The notes under the pieces were generated by a model that saw only the letters and a program-made list of their open reading frames with translations, was not told where the DNA came from and searched no databases. The translations under genes were made by a program, and so were the position numbers. From NCBI GenBank assembly GCA_010909165.1, contig VJWM01000255.1, forward strand, positions 131,465-195,464: a stretch of 64,000 nt of DNA, given 5' to 3'. This document shows, piece after piece, positions 1 through 11,398 of the stretch; the stretch's first letter is position 1; every line of letters begins with the position of its first letter. The DNA is from Anthoceros angustus (Eukaryota; Plantae; Anthocerotophyta).

Positions 1-557
1 TCGATCTCTGGCAATGACAAGACTGAACGTAGTCTGGGGTCTGGATATCGATTTTTTCAGGTGCCCCTCAGATCAACAGCATTTAGGGCAGAAACAAGCC
101 TTTTGTTTGATTTCATCAATAAATGAGCAATGTCTACCTTCTGAAATACATCGTCAGAAGCCATCAACTTCCAATCCAAAATTCCAGACCGGAGAAGTAG
201 AATTAATTCTCGTGGCTGACGAAAACACCTGTCGTCTACAGGCTCTTGAATCTAACTTCCGCGTATGCTGTGCAAACTTTCGATTGATTTTGATGCTCGT
301 CCTGGCAAAGCCCATGACTTGGCGATTGCTGGTGTGTGCAAACCGTAACTTGTAGACTCCCAGGGCTCCGAGAGCCAGCAGGCCTTGACTGCTTAGTGCC
401 GACAACTCTCTGGCACTGACGAAGCCAGCCCGAGGTAAGAAACACATGGTGATCCGAGCACCATGTGTCCGTTGAAGGATCACATATCTGCTCGAACCAC
501 ACTCTTCCTCAGACGTTGAAGTTGTGTCAGCCGGGCTTCCAGTTTGGATGGGGTAAG

Positions 558-1333
558 TTACTGTTTGCGAAGCCCATGGAAGAATCTGCGTTTCTTGGCT
601 CGGGAGTGCTGACCTGCCTCTCTCGGTATGAGGTGATGAGAAAACTGCAGCTGCGGAAGACAAGATGACGACCGCGTTCGCATCACCACCATACTATGCC
701 CTACAGAGATAGATACGGGACGATGAAAACAGAACTCACTTGGTCGTTTGTTTTGATGCCGTACTCCTTCAAAGGAGAAGCCTCGTCCAGCAGCTTTCGG
801 TGATCGAAGGCGAGGCAGAAGTTGCCCCACACATGCTTCCTGCAGGCGCACATCACCTTATCATCCGTGGGGCCATCCGACAGAGTAGCAAAAAGACGCA
901 GGCGAATGAATTTACCAGGAGATGTGGCGGTGCCCCATGTGCGCTTGCTCAAGCTCGGTCACTTTCTTCTGCACCGCAATTTTCAAGTCCCGCACGGTTG
1001 CGTTATTGAGCACGGCCACATCTGATGCAACACGGCCCGCTAATCAGGAAGCGGTGCTCGATGTTCCAGGTGGCGTCAAGCAGGCGCAAAATGGCACTGA
1101 CCGAAGGACGTGCCATCCATCTTGAGAATGGTGAGCCTCATCCCGCTCCCCAGCTCCACTCCGATGAGGGTCTCCACATCTCCCAGCGTCGGACGCCTAG
1201 GCACGTCTTGCAGAAGCGGGTCATTCAGCAACGCCGCCAGCACCGGCTCGAACGGCGACTTCCTCAGCTGCCAGCCACCGTCCAGCGGCTGCTTCTCCGC
1301 TTTCTCCTCCTGCAGCTCTCCTCCTTCCGCCAT
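558..1333 (-). CDS. SNRNP25: U11/U12 snRNP 25 kDa protein (ubiquitin-like fold, minor spliceosome); 4 exons 1333-1102, 1021-916, 839-740, 650-558
   Basis: Spliced translation gives LAALLNDPLLQDVPRRPTLGDVETLIGVELGSGMRLTILKMDGTSFDVAVLNNATVRDLK..MGHRHISWKHVWGNFCL..RRFFHGL, which matches plant U11/U12-25K. All three introns are GT-AG and keep the frame. Confidence 0.92.
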
Positions 1334-1371
1334 CGCAATTGCGGTGAAGAGCTTCGACAGGGGTTAATACG

Positions 1372-1379
1372 TAGGGTTT
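1372..1379 (-). promoter_or_regulatory. Telo-box (AAACCCTA) just upstream of the SNRNP25 start codon
   Basis: tagggttt on the + strand, about 40 nt upstream of the ATG. Telo-boxes are typical near the TSS of plant translation and RNA-processing genes. Confidence 0.45.
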
Positions 1380-2279
1380 ATAGGACGCCATCCGGCTTTT
1401 CATCCCTGTTGCCTGTGATCAAAGAGGAGAAGCCCGCAGGACGACGTTACTTCCGCTTATGTAGACTAGGTAGACAACGTGTATGCTTTTTCAAGGTGTC
1501 ACCTGTTTTCACGATCGATGTTATGGGCTCTGTTGCGCGACATCTCTTGTTATTATGGTAGTTGTGTGTGTGATAGGGATGATGGGTGCATTTCTCGGTC
1601 GTTGCAATCAACGGCTTGAAACTGTTATGCTTATGGTGGATGCTTAAGAACTTGTTTCATCACCCGCCTGGCAAAATCTCTATCGCGGCCTCTATACATC
1701 AAAACGAGCACAGCAATACCAAAAGCAGTTGATGCGGGGCGAAGCAGAAGACGCGTTTGACAAATTGACAGGACAGCTGCGCACCGACTAATCACCTCGT
1801 CAATTCCTTCTTAACGCAGCACCAAAGCCAAGGGATTCGATCCATACCTCTATTTTCTATCAAACGCGCGCTTTGCTAAGATGCTATGAGAGACAGAGCT
1901 TCGACACAGTTGCACTCCTTGTCCAAAATCTCCAAGCTCCCCCGTTAAGCACCATGTACAGTGAATACTCCTCACAAGCATAAGCCAGTACGCGTCCCAG
2001 GCGTGTGATCTCCGGAGTTGGTAGGTACATGCAATTTGAGCCTCGGAGGAGCCAGTCCATGTGCAGTGCACATGGACCGTGCTAGCATGCAGTCCCCCTT
2101 GCCTCTCGCATTCCAACAACCGAGCCAGACGCCACATTCAGTTATCGAATGCAAGTCACCAAGCTTGCACCTCTCCACAATCCAAGCCAGAACCACTGAC
2201 CGGTGCTTCCTCCACAGCGCTGAGCAGGCAAGATGCTTCCTGATCGATGCTTGCAACTTAAGCACACCAAGTCGAAGCA

Positions 2280-2680
2280 AGTGGCCCTTGAAGCACCAAA
2301 AGGTGCCGTCCCGGATGCAGATGAATCTTCCGCTCCACCATCCTATAGCTGGCATTCCTAGCCAGATGCAACTTTTTTCACCAGGAGCTCCTCGGTTGAT
2401 AGAGTTCATTCTTTTGTCCTGGAGCCATTCCATTCCTGGGAAATCCTTTCATCGGTGGTGGTAAGAAGCTGGCCCCCTCCGGCAAAGTCCATTTGTCAAA
2501 AACCCTTCAAGGAGAATAGGTCGAAGATTATGCCCTCGTCGTCCTTCAAGGGCCACTAAGTAGTCCCGGATGCAGATGAATCGATGAATCCAAGTCTCCC
2601 GGATGCAGATGAATCAATGAATTCAGGTCTCCCGGATGCAGATGAATCTGCCGCTCCAGCATCCTGGAGCTGGTAACTCC
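2280..2680. repeat. Local repeat: core CCGGATGCAGATGAATC at 2311, 2566, 2599, 2632 (33-bp period for the last three), plus a 14-bp inverted pair 2280-2293/2544-2557
   Basis: Read directly from the sequence. Confidence 0.8.
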
Positions 2681-3307
2681 TTGGCTACGATCCTAATATT
2701 GGTTTCGAAAGCTATTGAACTCCGAGTTTACATGGTTGGCTTGGTTTGGCCGGAAATAGTGCGAGTCTTGAAATGCACAATTAAAGCTATCTCACTTCCC
2801 CTTCCCAAGATCGTGCTGCCGAGCTGGCCTTGGCCCCTGGCTGTGAAGCCGGTGGCTATTTCAACCTCTTGTTGCTCTCCACCAAGTTGATGATCTGTGC
2901 TGTGCTGACGGAAGGTGATTGTCCATCGGACCGCAAACTGGGAAGTGTACCTATTCAGCAGGAACGCATCGTTTGAGCGGGAGAGGGAAGCAGCACATTG
3001 GTATTCCTGGTGAACCATCTTTCTTGTTTGTCAAGGCCTTGGAGTCAGTGCTTCTATCGTTTTGTTAGCCCGAAAGCAGATCCGATTTGGCTGCAGTGCT
3101 GTGTATTCGCGTGAAGAGCATTTTCCTTTCACTTCTGGCGATGCTGCGGCCGGCGCCATTTGCATCTCTGCTGGGGTGCTTCATTAGGAGATGGCGTTTG
3201 CTCTTGTCTGTGTTTCTGACTTATGTGTCGTGGGAGCCGGGTGTGCAGGCTTTTGCACGGTGACTGACTCGTGAGGAGCGCGCTAGCTAACATTCCGTTG
3301 CCGAGTC

Positions 3308-4852
3308 ATGTCCCTGGAAGTTCCCTTTGAAAGGGATGAAGTGGAGGTTCTTTGCCGCCCGGTTGGTGCGCAGCAGACCTCCTTCAATATTCACAGCGCG
3401 GACGGGGCTTTGCGCTGCAGGTTTGTGGCACATGGTTCAGCTTTAGCCGATGTTGCTGCGCAGCCTGAAGAAAATCGCGCCGGGGTTTATTGTTGCACCA
3501 CCAGAGAAGTGAGCTCCACCTCTCGTGAAGGCTTGTTGGTGGCAAGTTTCATGTTTGTGCTGTGAGAAATTGAGAGTGCCTCTGCTGTTTTGATAATTAC
3601 TCTAAAGTTCATGTTGTGCCAGGCGTTTGATCGGCAGACGAGTGTGTCAATATTGCTACCACATGGAGGGGAGCTTGTGTGTGAGGCTGTGATGAAGCCT
3701 GGAGCTGACGACTCCGCCGGTACAGCATTTCAGTTCGTGAAAGATTGGCTTTGTTTTGTCTTCTGAAGAGTTCCTAGAGTGTGACTGACCTACTCGGCAT
3801 AAATGTTTATCGCAGATGTAGGCCTGTTCAAGAAGCTGTCGTTGCTAGATCGCTACCTGTTCGTCTGGATACTTGTGGACATGGCATTGGCACTCGTTAT
3901 TGGTTACTATGTGAAAGGAATCAAGAAGAAACTGGAGGTTGTGAAACTGGCATCTGTTTCTCTGCCCATTGCCGTAGGACTGTGGGTCATGATGTATCCA
4001 GTTCTGTGCAAAGTTCGGTATGAAATTCTTTATAAGACAATCAGGGCCGGAGGACTGGCGCGGAATGTGGTGTTGAGCCTCATCCTGAATTGGCTTGTAG
4101 GCCCTGCACTCATGACAGGCCTTGCTTGGGCTACACTTCCGGATCTTGAGCACTACAGGGCAGGGGTTATTCTGGTGGGCATTGCCAGATGCATCGCCAT
4201 GGTGCTCATATGGAATGATCTGGCCAAGGGAGATGGACAGCTGTGTGCAATACTGGTGGCCATCAATTCTGTGATGCAGATGGTGTTGTATACTCCACTT
4301 TCTCTCTTCTACCTTAAAGTGGTTTCCAGAGGCAAAGGCATTGATGTAGGGGCCTGGGCTATCGCCAGAAGTGTGCTGCTTTTTCTTGGAGTTCCCCTGG
4401 CTGCTGGATTCATCACAAGGTACACCCTACGTTACATCGTGGGTAGAAAGTGGTACGACACCAAGTTCATACCTTTCATAGCGCCCTGGGCTCTTATCGG
4501 CCTGCTGTACACTATTTTCGTGATGTTCTCCATCCAAGCTCATCAGATTGTCGACCACATCGGGAACGTGGCAAGAGTGGCGGTCCCTATGCTGCTGTAC
4601 TTCACAATCGTTTTCTTCTCATCTGTATGGCTGTGTCGTCGTCTGGGCATTCCTTATGCAGAGGCTGTTACTCAGTCGTTCACTGCATCCAGCAACAATT
4701 TCGAGCTTGCCATAGCCGTGGCCGTGGGCAGTTTTGGCATAGACTCTCAAGAGGCATTGGCTGCGACCATTGGCCCGTTGATTGAGGTACCTGTCTTGTT
4801 GGGATTAGTGTATGTAACTCTGAAGTTGCAAAAGTATCTCTTTGTGAAATAG
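3308..4852 (+). CDS. ACR3: ACR3-family arsenite efflux antiporter with N-terminal extension; exons 3308-3541, 3623-3719, 3816-4852
   Basis: Multi-TM protein with ACR3 motifs LSLLDRYL, PIAVGLWVMMYPVLCKV, ILNWLVGPALM, GIARCIAMVLIW, SNNFELAIAVA and GPLIEVPVLL. The computed ORF start (3803) lies inside an intron ending cgcag at 3815. The two upstream exons join in frame. Confidence 0.93.
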
Positions 4853-5399
4853 CGTGTCAAGGTTTCGGAACCTTTGCACTCGGATTAGCCTAGTAGGTGT
4901 ATCCTTATTGTGGGGTCTTGGGTTAATGCTTGTTGGTGCCGAAGGTTACCAGCATGCCTGTAGAACCGACCTGGTGCTCTTGTACTTATTTTTTTAGTTT
5001 GAGAAACTCAAGTCTCTGATTGATCTGTCAGAAAGTCTACATACGGAATGCCCTTGCCCGGCCGCAACCGCTTCTCGTCCTGATCGGTAGCTCGCCACTG
5101 CTCCACTTCTCTCCTGCTGCGGGCAGACTGGCTGCTGCAGCTGCTGGTTGCAAGTACTCCACTAACGACCACGCGGGCGGATCCCGAGAATGCATGGCGG
5201 TGCCCAGTCCTGTGGGACATTTGTGCGCCTCCTACAAGCGTGTGCAAGTGTGGCCAGCCCAGCCTTGGAGAAGGGGATTCAGCTTCATTAGCGAGAGTTT
5301 CTAGGTGATGTGTTTGTTGGCAACAAAATTGGTATAGGGAGATAGCAAGACGCGATGGATGTGTTCTCCATGGTTGCCAAACCACATCCCTTCATGTCG

Positions 5400-6250
5400 T
5401 CTTCCATAATTTCTGCATGTTAAATATGGAAAAGACAAGCAGGCCATTCAACTGTATCATTAGGGCAGGTCAAGTGTGAAGCCAGAAGATCACGTATTTG
5501 TGGAAGACCTTCGGGTTGCGCAAGGGGTTCAGACATGGAAACTGGCAAGCAGGTGCACGCTGATGTGTTGGACTGTGGGCTTGAGCCTCATTTGTTTGTC
5601 TGCAATAACTTGGTGGACATGTAAAGTGTGGCAGTTTAGACGCTCAAAGAGATGGTGTTGCAGGGTATTTTCAGCAAGGCATGGGCCAGGAATCCCTTCA
5701 TCTCTTCAGTATGATGGAAGACGATAGCATTGCTGTACCCAGTGGTGTGACATCTGTTGGCATGTGCAAGGGTGGGCAGTGCCCAGCTTTGGCGACGGGG
5801 GAAGCAGCTTCATGCAAAGATTAGAGAACAAGGATATGCGCCTGATGTCTTCGTAGCGAGAATTATGGTAAGCATGTACGTGAAGTGTGGCAGCCTGGAG
5901 GCCCAGATTGTGGCGCCCAGAAACTGCTTGACGGACTTTTTTCAAAATTGTTGTGATAAGGGACTAGTTCCTGGATATTCCCAGCAGGGAATGGGCCAGG
6001 AAGCCCGTGTCCTCCACAGTGCTATGCGGGACGAAAAAATTGCGGTACCCAATTGCGTGACGTTTGTGTTCCTCCTGCAAGCATGCGCAAGAGTGGGCAC
6101 CTCGGCATTAGATAAGGGGAAGCTGCTGCTTCACACACAGAGTTTAGAAGGAGGACATCAAGCTGATTTGCTCATCGCTAACTGTTTAGTAAACAGTTAT
6201 GCAAAGTGTGACAACTTGGATGTGTGGGACGCACTACATGGCAGCCCTGA
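5400..6250 (+). pseudogene. Degenerate PLS-class PPR gene fragment
   Basis: PPR motifs GKQLHAKIREQGYAPDVFVARIMVSMYVKCGSLEA and VPNCVTFVFLLQACA..LDKGKLLLH..DLLIANCLVNSYAKC. Upstream part is frameshifted, and there is no clear start or E/DYW end. Confidence 0.75.
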
Positions 6251-6271
6251 GCTACAGTTTTCCTCTACCGC

Positions 6272-6361
6272 TTCCTTCAACAAAAACAGCACCTTTACCG
6301 ATTTCTTCAACGAAAACATCACCTTTGCCGCTTTCGTCAACGAAAACAGCAGCTTCGCTTC
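6272..6361 (+). repeat. About 3 copies of a 30-bp tandem repeat (TTCAACRAAAACAKCACCTTTRCCG..)
   Basis: Read directly. It produces the spurious FNKNSTF/FNENITF/VNENSSF peptide in the ORF track. Confidence 0.75.
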
Positions 6362-6843
6362 AGGCTCCACCGTGTTATAACGAGGTCATAGACTACATCC
6401 CCGCCACGGCGCGAGAGATAGCCGTCATTGGGGGTACCGGGACTCTGAGGTTGGCCCAAGGGTGGGCCCAATTCTCTGTCGCCGAAGTCGAAGACTTTAC
6501 TGTTGTGCTCAACTTCACGTCTTCCATTGTCCTAAAATATTATATTTATAAATTTATCACACTCACAAATAAAAAAATACCAATTGCATCAACTGGGGTG
6601 AGAGAACCTCTCGACCTTAGGTGGTTTCACATCGGACAGCCGTGTACGTGCGGTGAAAGGGCATTGGAGAGACACTAGAAATCGGTTTTACACCTACCGT
6701 CGGTCACATAAACATAGCGGATGCGTGGCGTCGATGTGGCATTGGCAGGCATGTCAGGACTTTACCTACCCCCGAGGCTGGTGAAGACTAGCATTGGCAG
6801 GCATGTCAGGACTTTACTTACCTCCGGTGGGCTGCAATTGCTA

Positions 6844-9596
6844 CCCGTCGCCTAAGGCTAACGCAAACTTAATGAGCCCTGCCATTCGTACCGCCCGTGT
6901 GCCCACGCACCCCGATGCAAAGCCGAGAGGCATGAGGCCGGCATGCCTCTCTTTCTTTCCGGCGTCTCCCTTTCCGGCAACGGGCGTCCGTCGTCGCTCC
7001 TCTCAACGGCTCCCTCCACCCTCCTACGAACGGCTCCCGTCCGCGCTCCTCTCAACGCCGTCCTCCCGCACATGCTCACCTGTCTCTGGTCTCAACATGT
7101 TCACCACACACTCGATCACGAACTCCCATTGTCTGTCCATTTTGAACACGCTGTAATAGATTATACACACGGCTTTCAATTATGAAGACACTTGATTCAC
7201 AACAAGTGCTATGACTTGGCTTCTCTACCTCTAGCTTGTGTTACAAAAGGCTTCTCCTTTGATGGAGGAGGCCTAGACCATACATTACCGACATCCTGAA
7301 GGGCTTGGGCCGTTTTCTTGTGTTGGTTTCTTCCATGCAAATTCCCAAAATGCTCGCTTCCTCTTTGTAGAAGTATCCCCTCCCACATCTTTGACCATAT
7401 GTGGGGTGATGGCCAAGCCCTCCTCCACAGCTGTAGCCTCTATGCCCTCTAATGTCCGCATAAAACCTACTACAAGTCCTTGAGCATGGTCCACGAGATG
7501 AGGATGCCGCTCAACTAGGCTTTGTAAGTTCTTGAGACTACATCTAAACTGAGCCAAAGCTCGCTCTCGACCGACATTCAAGTTCATATCCTCAGCAACG
7601 TCCTGAATGGTTTCACCTCGTACGAAATTAGCTACCTCAACTTGCTCTTCGTATCCCGCTGGTTGTAGAAGCTGAAGCGTTTCAGTGTCTTGTGAGAACT
7701 GCTCGCGAGGCTTATGGTGCATAAGCTCCTGCACCAAAGAAAGTGTGGGCACGAGCTTGTGGAGTAGCATCAACACCTTAACTTGGTGCTTACAAGTGTG
7801 CCCTTGTGCAGCCCAAGGGCATGAGCACGTTGCCCAACTTAGTCAACATTGGAGACCACATATGCCATACCCTCATTGTTCTTGCTGCAAGGACATAAGC
7901 ATTCATCGCTGCGGTTGGGAGAATCACATGTATCCACTATTTTGGCAGCCTTAGCCACGGCATGTTCTACCATACGTTCAAGCTTGCTATTTCGAACGAA
8001 GCCATGCTCCTTACATTGTTGATACCAGTGCACGTCTACCTCATCTACTAAAATATGCAAAAGCCAATCAACACGCCTACCTCGTGGCTTGGTGAGCAGC
8101 TCTCACCTTCAAATGAAGATGGTATGCTTCAATCGAGCTATTACAGTCTTGCCTCGTGGGGCCTTGTCCGTCTGACTTTGAGCCACATGTGTATGATGTT
8201 GCCCCACCGGTGCTTGAAGTACTTGATGAAAATTGGAAAGAGTGGCTCATATTGGACATACTGGATCTACCAATTTGAGCTTTGCTTCCTCTGAAAATGT
8301 GTGGTGACCCTCGAGGTACATAATGTCACCCAACTTTTGCATGATGTACGCCCTTGCCTGCCCATTCTTCACTTTCTGCAATAAGTTTCGTAACCATGCA
8401 CGCCTTACGTGCCAAAGGCATAAGAATACCAACATGCCATCCCCAAAAGCGTATTTGATGGCATTGATCTCCGCTTAGCGGTCATCTACTAAAAGCAGCG
8501 TTGGGCTTCCAAGTTGGAGTCTGCGGTGTTGCCGTGCCATAACACTTGTAACCATTTGGACATTCCATTGCATCAACCTCCTTGCACAACACCCAAGCCA
8601 CTGGAATCCCGTTCATGAAGTTATCGAACACCAACAAACTGACCAGCTGGAAATGCCACTTATCCAATCCAAAGGTGCCTAGCCGTGCAGGATGGGATAG
8701 GGGACCTGGCATGAGTTCTCCATGACAGAATTCACCTGTGGCATCCGTGTGAAAACAATGCTGCAACCTCTATTCCACTATATCAGGCCACTTAAGTAAC
8801 CGGGTCACAACAAATTGGAAGAGGCATCCACGTTTCTTACTCATCGTTGGGCGTCGCCTGTCTTGGGCCTCACATTTGGAGCAAGGAAAGAAGCCGTCAT
8901 AGCGGCCTCCCACGGTCATCGCCCATCGACAATGGTAGATTGTCACCTCGCTTCCTTGTGTGTCTTTGACATCTTTGGTTCCGCGGTCTTCACCCAATGA
9001 CGCAGCTTGATGAAGCGGTGGGAAAGCAAGCATTTGCTTTCTCACCGCAATAAAATCACCACACGGCCGCAGGAATGTAGCGCTTCACATTCATGTGCAT
9101 TTTCATCTTCCCTTGATGATTGCCCCACGACCCATGACAAATGCTCCTTGAAAATGCGGGTTCCGGTGTCGCATGAGTGTGAGGCAAATGTTCCATTTTG
9201 CGATATCACGATATTGGAGAGGCTGCTGCCGCTTCCTCGATCGTGCCGTCCACTTCCCTCCACGAACCAAGCTTCCTCCGAATCGAACCGCATTAGAAGT
9301 GGGTTATACTTGAAACGTTCGTTTTGGCGCGCATTAGGAACGAGAACAGGGAATGGGTGAACAAGTTGAGACCAACGGGTGAGCAGGTGCGAGAGGACGG
9401 CGTTGAGAGGAGGCGGGCGAGCCGTTCGAGAGGAGGTGGAGGAAGCCGTTGAGAGGAGCGACGACGACGCCGTTCTTTGAAAGAGCCGGAAAGAAAGAGG
9501 CATGCCGGCCTCATGCCTCTCGGCTTTGCATCGAGTGCGTGGGCACTGCAGGCGAATGCGTGGCTCATTAAGTTTGCGTTAGCCTTAGGCGACGGG
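6844..9596 (-). mobile_element. Mutator-like DNA transposon (MULE): ~250-bp imperfect TIRs, 9-bp TSD CAATTGCTA, decayed SWIM-containing transposase
   Basis: TIRs at 6844-~7105 (CCCGTCGCCTAAGGCTAACGCAAACTTAATGAGCC..) and ~9354-9596 (reverse complement). Identical CAATTGCTA at 6835-6843 and 9597-9605. Internal minus-strand motifs TFGLDKWHFQLVSLLVFDNFMNGIPVAW, FLCLWHVRRAW and the SWIM finger CSCPWAAQGHTCKHQ, interrupted by stops and frameshifts. Confidence 0.92.
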
Positions 9597-9659
9597 CAAT
9601 TGCTAGGTCATGTGCAGCACAAGGCGTTTTACGAACTCCTCGGCAATGTCAAGAGAAGC

Positions 9660-10520
9660 GGACTCACGCACAATACCTGTGGAGAGGTGTAGGACAAGAC
9701 TATTTAATCGTCTTCCTGCACCTGCATCCGCATACAGCGAACTATTACGTAGGATTCTCGTGTTTGTTGCATTACCAGGCCATCCCGTCACTATGTCCAA
9801 GAATGTTTTATTTGGTCCTACTGCGGCCTGCATAGTCATAGTGTAGATACCATATCTCCCGTAGTAGTCAGTGCTGGGCCATGTCCAGGTAGTTCGATCG
9901 TAAAATGTGTCCTATCTTTAGCCCCACAGCAGTTTTGGAACCCTTGTTGCAATTTGAAACCAAGCTTGATTTCCTCGAAACTGGTGGGTGAAGGCCATTG
10001 TAGGTGGTGTTCCCTCGTTGCAAAACCGAGGCCACAAAACGGCGGCAGACATCGAATACCGTAGTGGTGCCTACACCGAACAATTCTCCAAGGCTCAAGT
10101 AGGAATCCCCTGTTGCTCATCGCCTCAGAGCAATCATGACTTGCTTCTCAACAGGTAGCATACGGCCTGGAATTTGGCTAAATCCTGGCAGCATCCTCCC
10201 TTGCAATGTGAGAATTGTAGAGTAAGAAAATGCCTTCAGCTCGAGGTTTGATATAAAATTCACCATACTGAATACCATTCAGCAGTCGGGACGTGAAGCC
10301 TACCAAATCAGGAAGAAGGGTTTGCAATGCTGAGATCTACAATACCACAGACTATACTACCATGTCCAATGTACGACCATGTCCAATTCCTCTTGGGAGT
10401 GTTCAAGCACTTGAGATGATACGCCAGAAAATGACCTACGTAGTCAAGTGGCATTGGATTGGCTCGATGGATATCTGCAATGATAGCCGCCAGGGCTTCA
10501 AGCAGTGGCACCAATCTTTC
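9660..10520 (-). mobile_element. PIF/Harbinger transposase relic (DDE_Tnp_4-type), truncated and frameshifted
   Basis: Motifs VEKQVMIALRR*ATGDSYLSLGELFGVG, GFQNCCGAKDRTHF (cf. GFPNCCGAIDGTH) and MQAAV..FLDIVTGWPGNATNTRILRNSSLY. In-frame stop and frameshifts. Termini not identified. Confidence 0.8.
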
Positions 10521-11398
10521 ATCGCGAAGTCCACAACAAGAAGAGTTTTGGGGGAGAAGAGTTTGGGGGAGAGGGGGAGAGTCTGGGGACTGTGTACGAG
10601 GTCTGCCACAGAATAAGCCGGGGAGACTGCGTACTCAAGTGTCACCGAGCAACCTCCAGGTCCATGTTCCCGTGCTTTTTCTTGCGGGCACAGGCAAACG
10701 TGCCAGAACCGATAAGCTGGCTTTTTCTGGAACCAGAACCAGGCACATGCGAAATCGGTCTTAGATCGGTACGCCATACGCCAGCCAACAACAACAGCTA
10801 GCTGTATACTAGATCTGATAGGTAATTTCCATCGAGTAAGTCGGCGGCGACCTACCCTAAACACTGAACCCTAAAATTCTACTGCACGAGACCTTTTCCA
10901 GACAAAGACTAGAGAATAGCTCCAATACGATCGGTTCTAGCCAGGCAGACCATCATTCGTAGTAGGCTCCATTGATAACCCCATATTGCCAAACGTTTTC
11001 CAGAAAAGAGTCAAGAATGCACATATATTCTGACCAGTGACCACTAGCATGGCTAAGCTAGGAAACTTATAAGAAACCCACCCTGGGTTCCTAGCAATGT
11101 GATTTCAACGAATATTCTCGACAGCTGTTAAGCCCTGTACAAACCTTCAGGCTACTGCCAGCACGCATTAGTAGTAGTCGACAGCGACCTCCCTGTACAC
11201 ATTCACAAATTTGTTGAGTCCTTGCTTCCGCCTGAAGACTCAAAGGACAGTCACAGAACTGATTGTCCGACCCGCTCCAAAGTTATCTCATCTGTACACA
11301 TGTAACAACTGTACAAAATACACAAGGAACCCTGCACAGACCAATTTCACAGCAGCTCTTCCCGTCCAGTTCTGGTCACAAGCACACGGGATTTGTAA

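Noticed and set aside
1221-1403. Out-of-frame upstream ORF overlapping the SNRNP25 start
   Set aside because: Its ATGs lie upstream of the telo-box and probably outside the transcript; no conserved peptide is recognisable.
1850-2460. Possible PPR/DYW remnant (GRFICIRDGTFWCFKG; LAKRAFDRK)
   Set aside because: The resemblance is weak, and no HxE or CxxC deaminase motif was found.
4899-4906. GTATCCTT U12-type donor after the ACR3 stop codon
   Set aside because: No U12 branch-point consensus follows; likely chance.
6790-9700. MULE nested inside the Harbinger transposase
   Set aside because: Harbinger similarity ends ~60 bp before the TSD and does not resume on the other flank.
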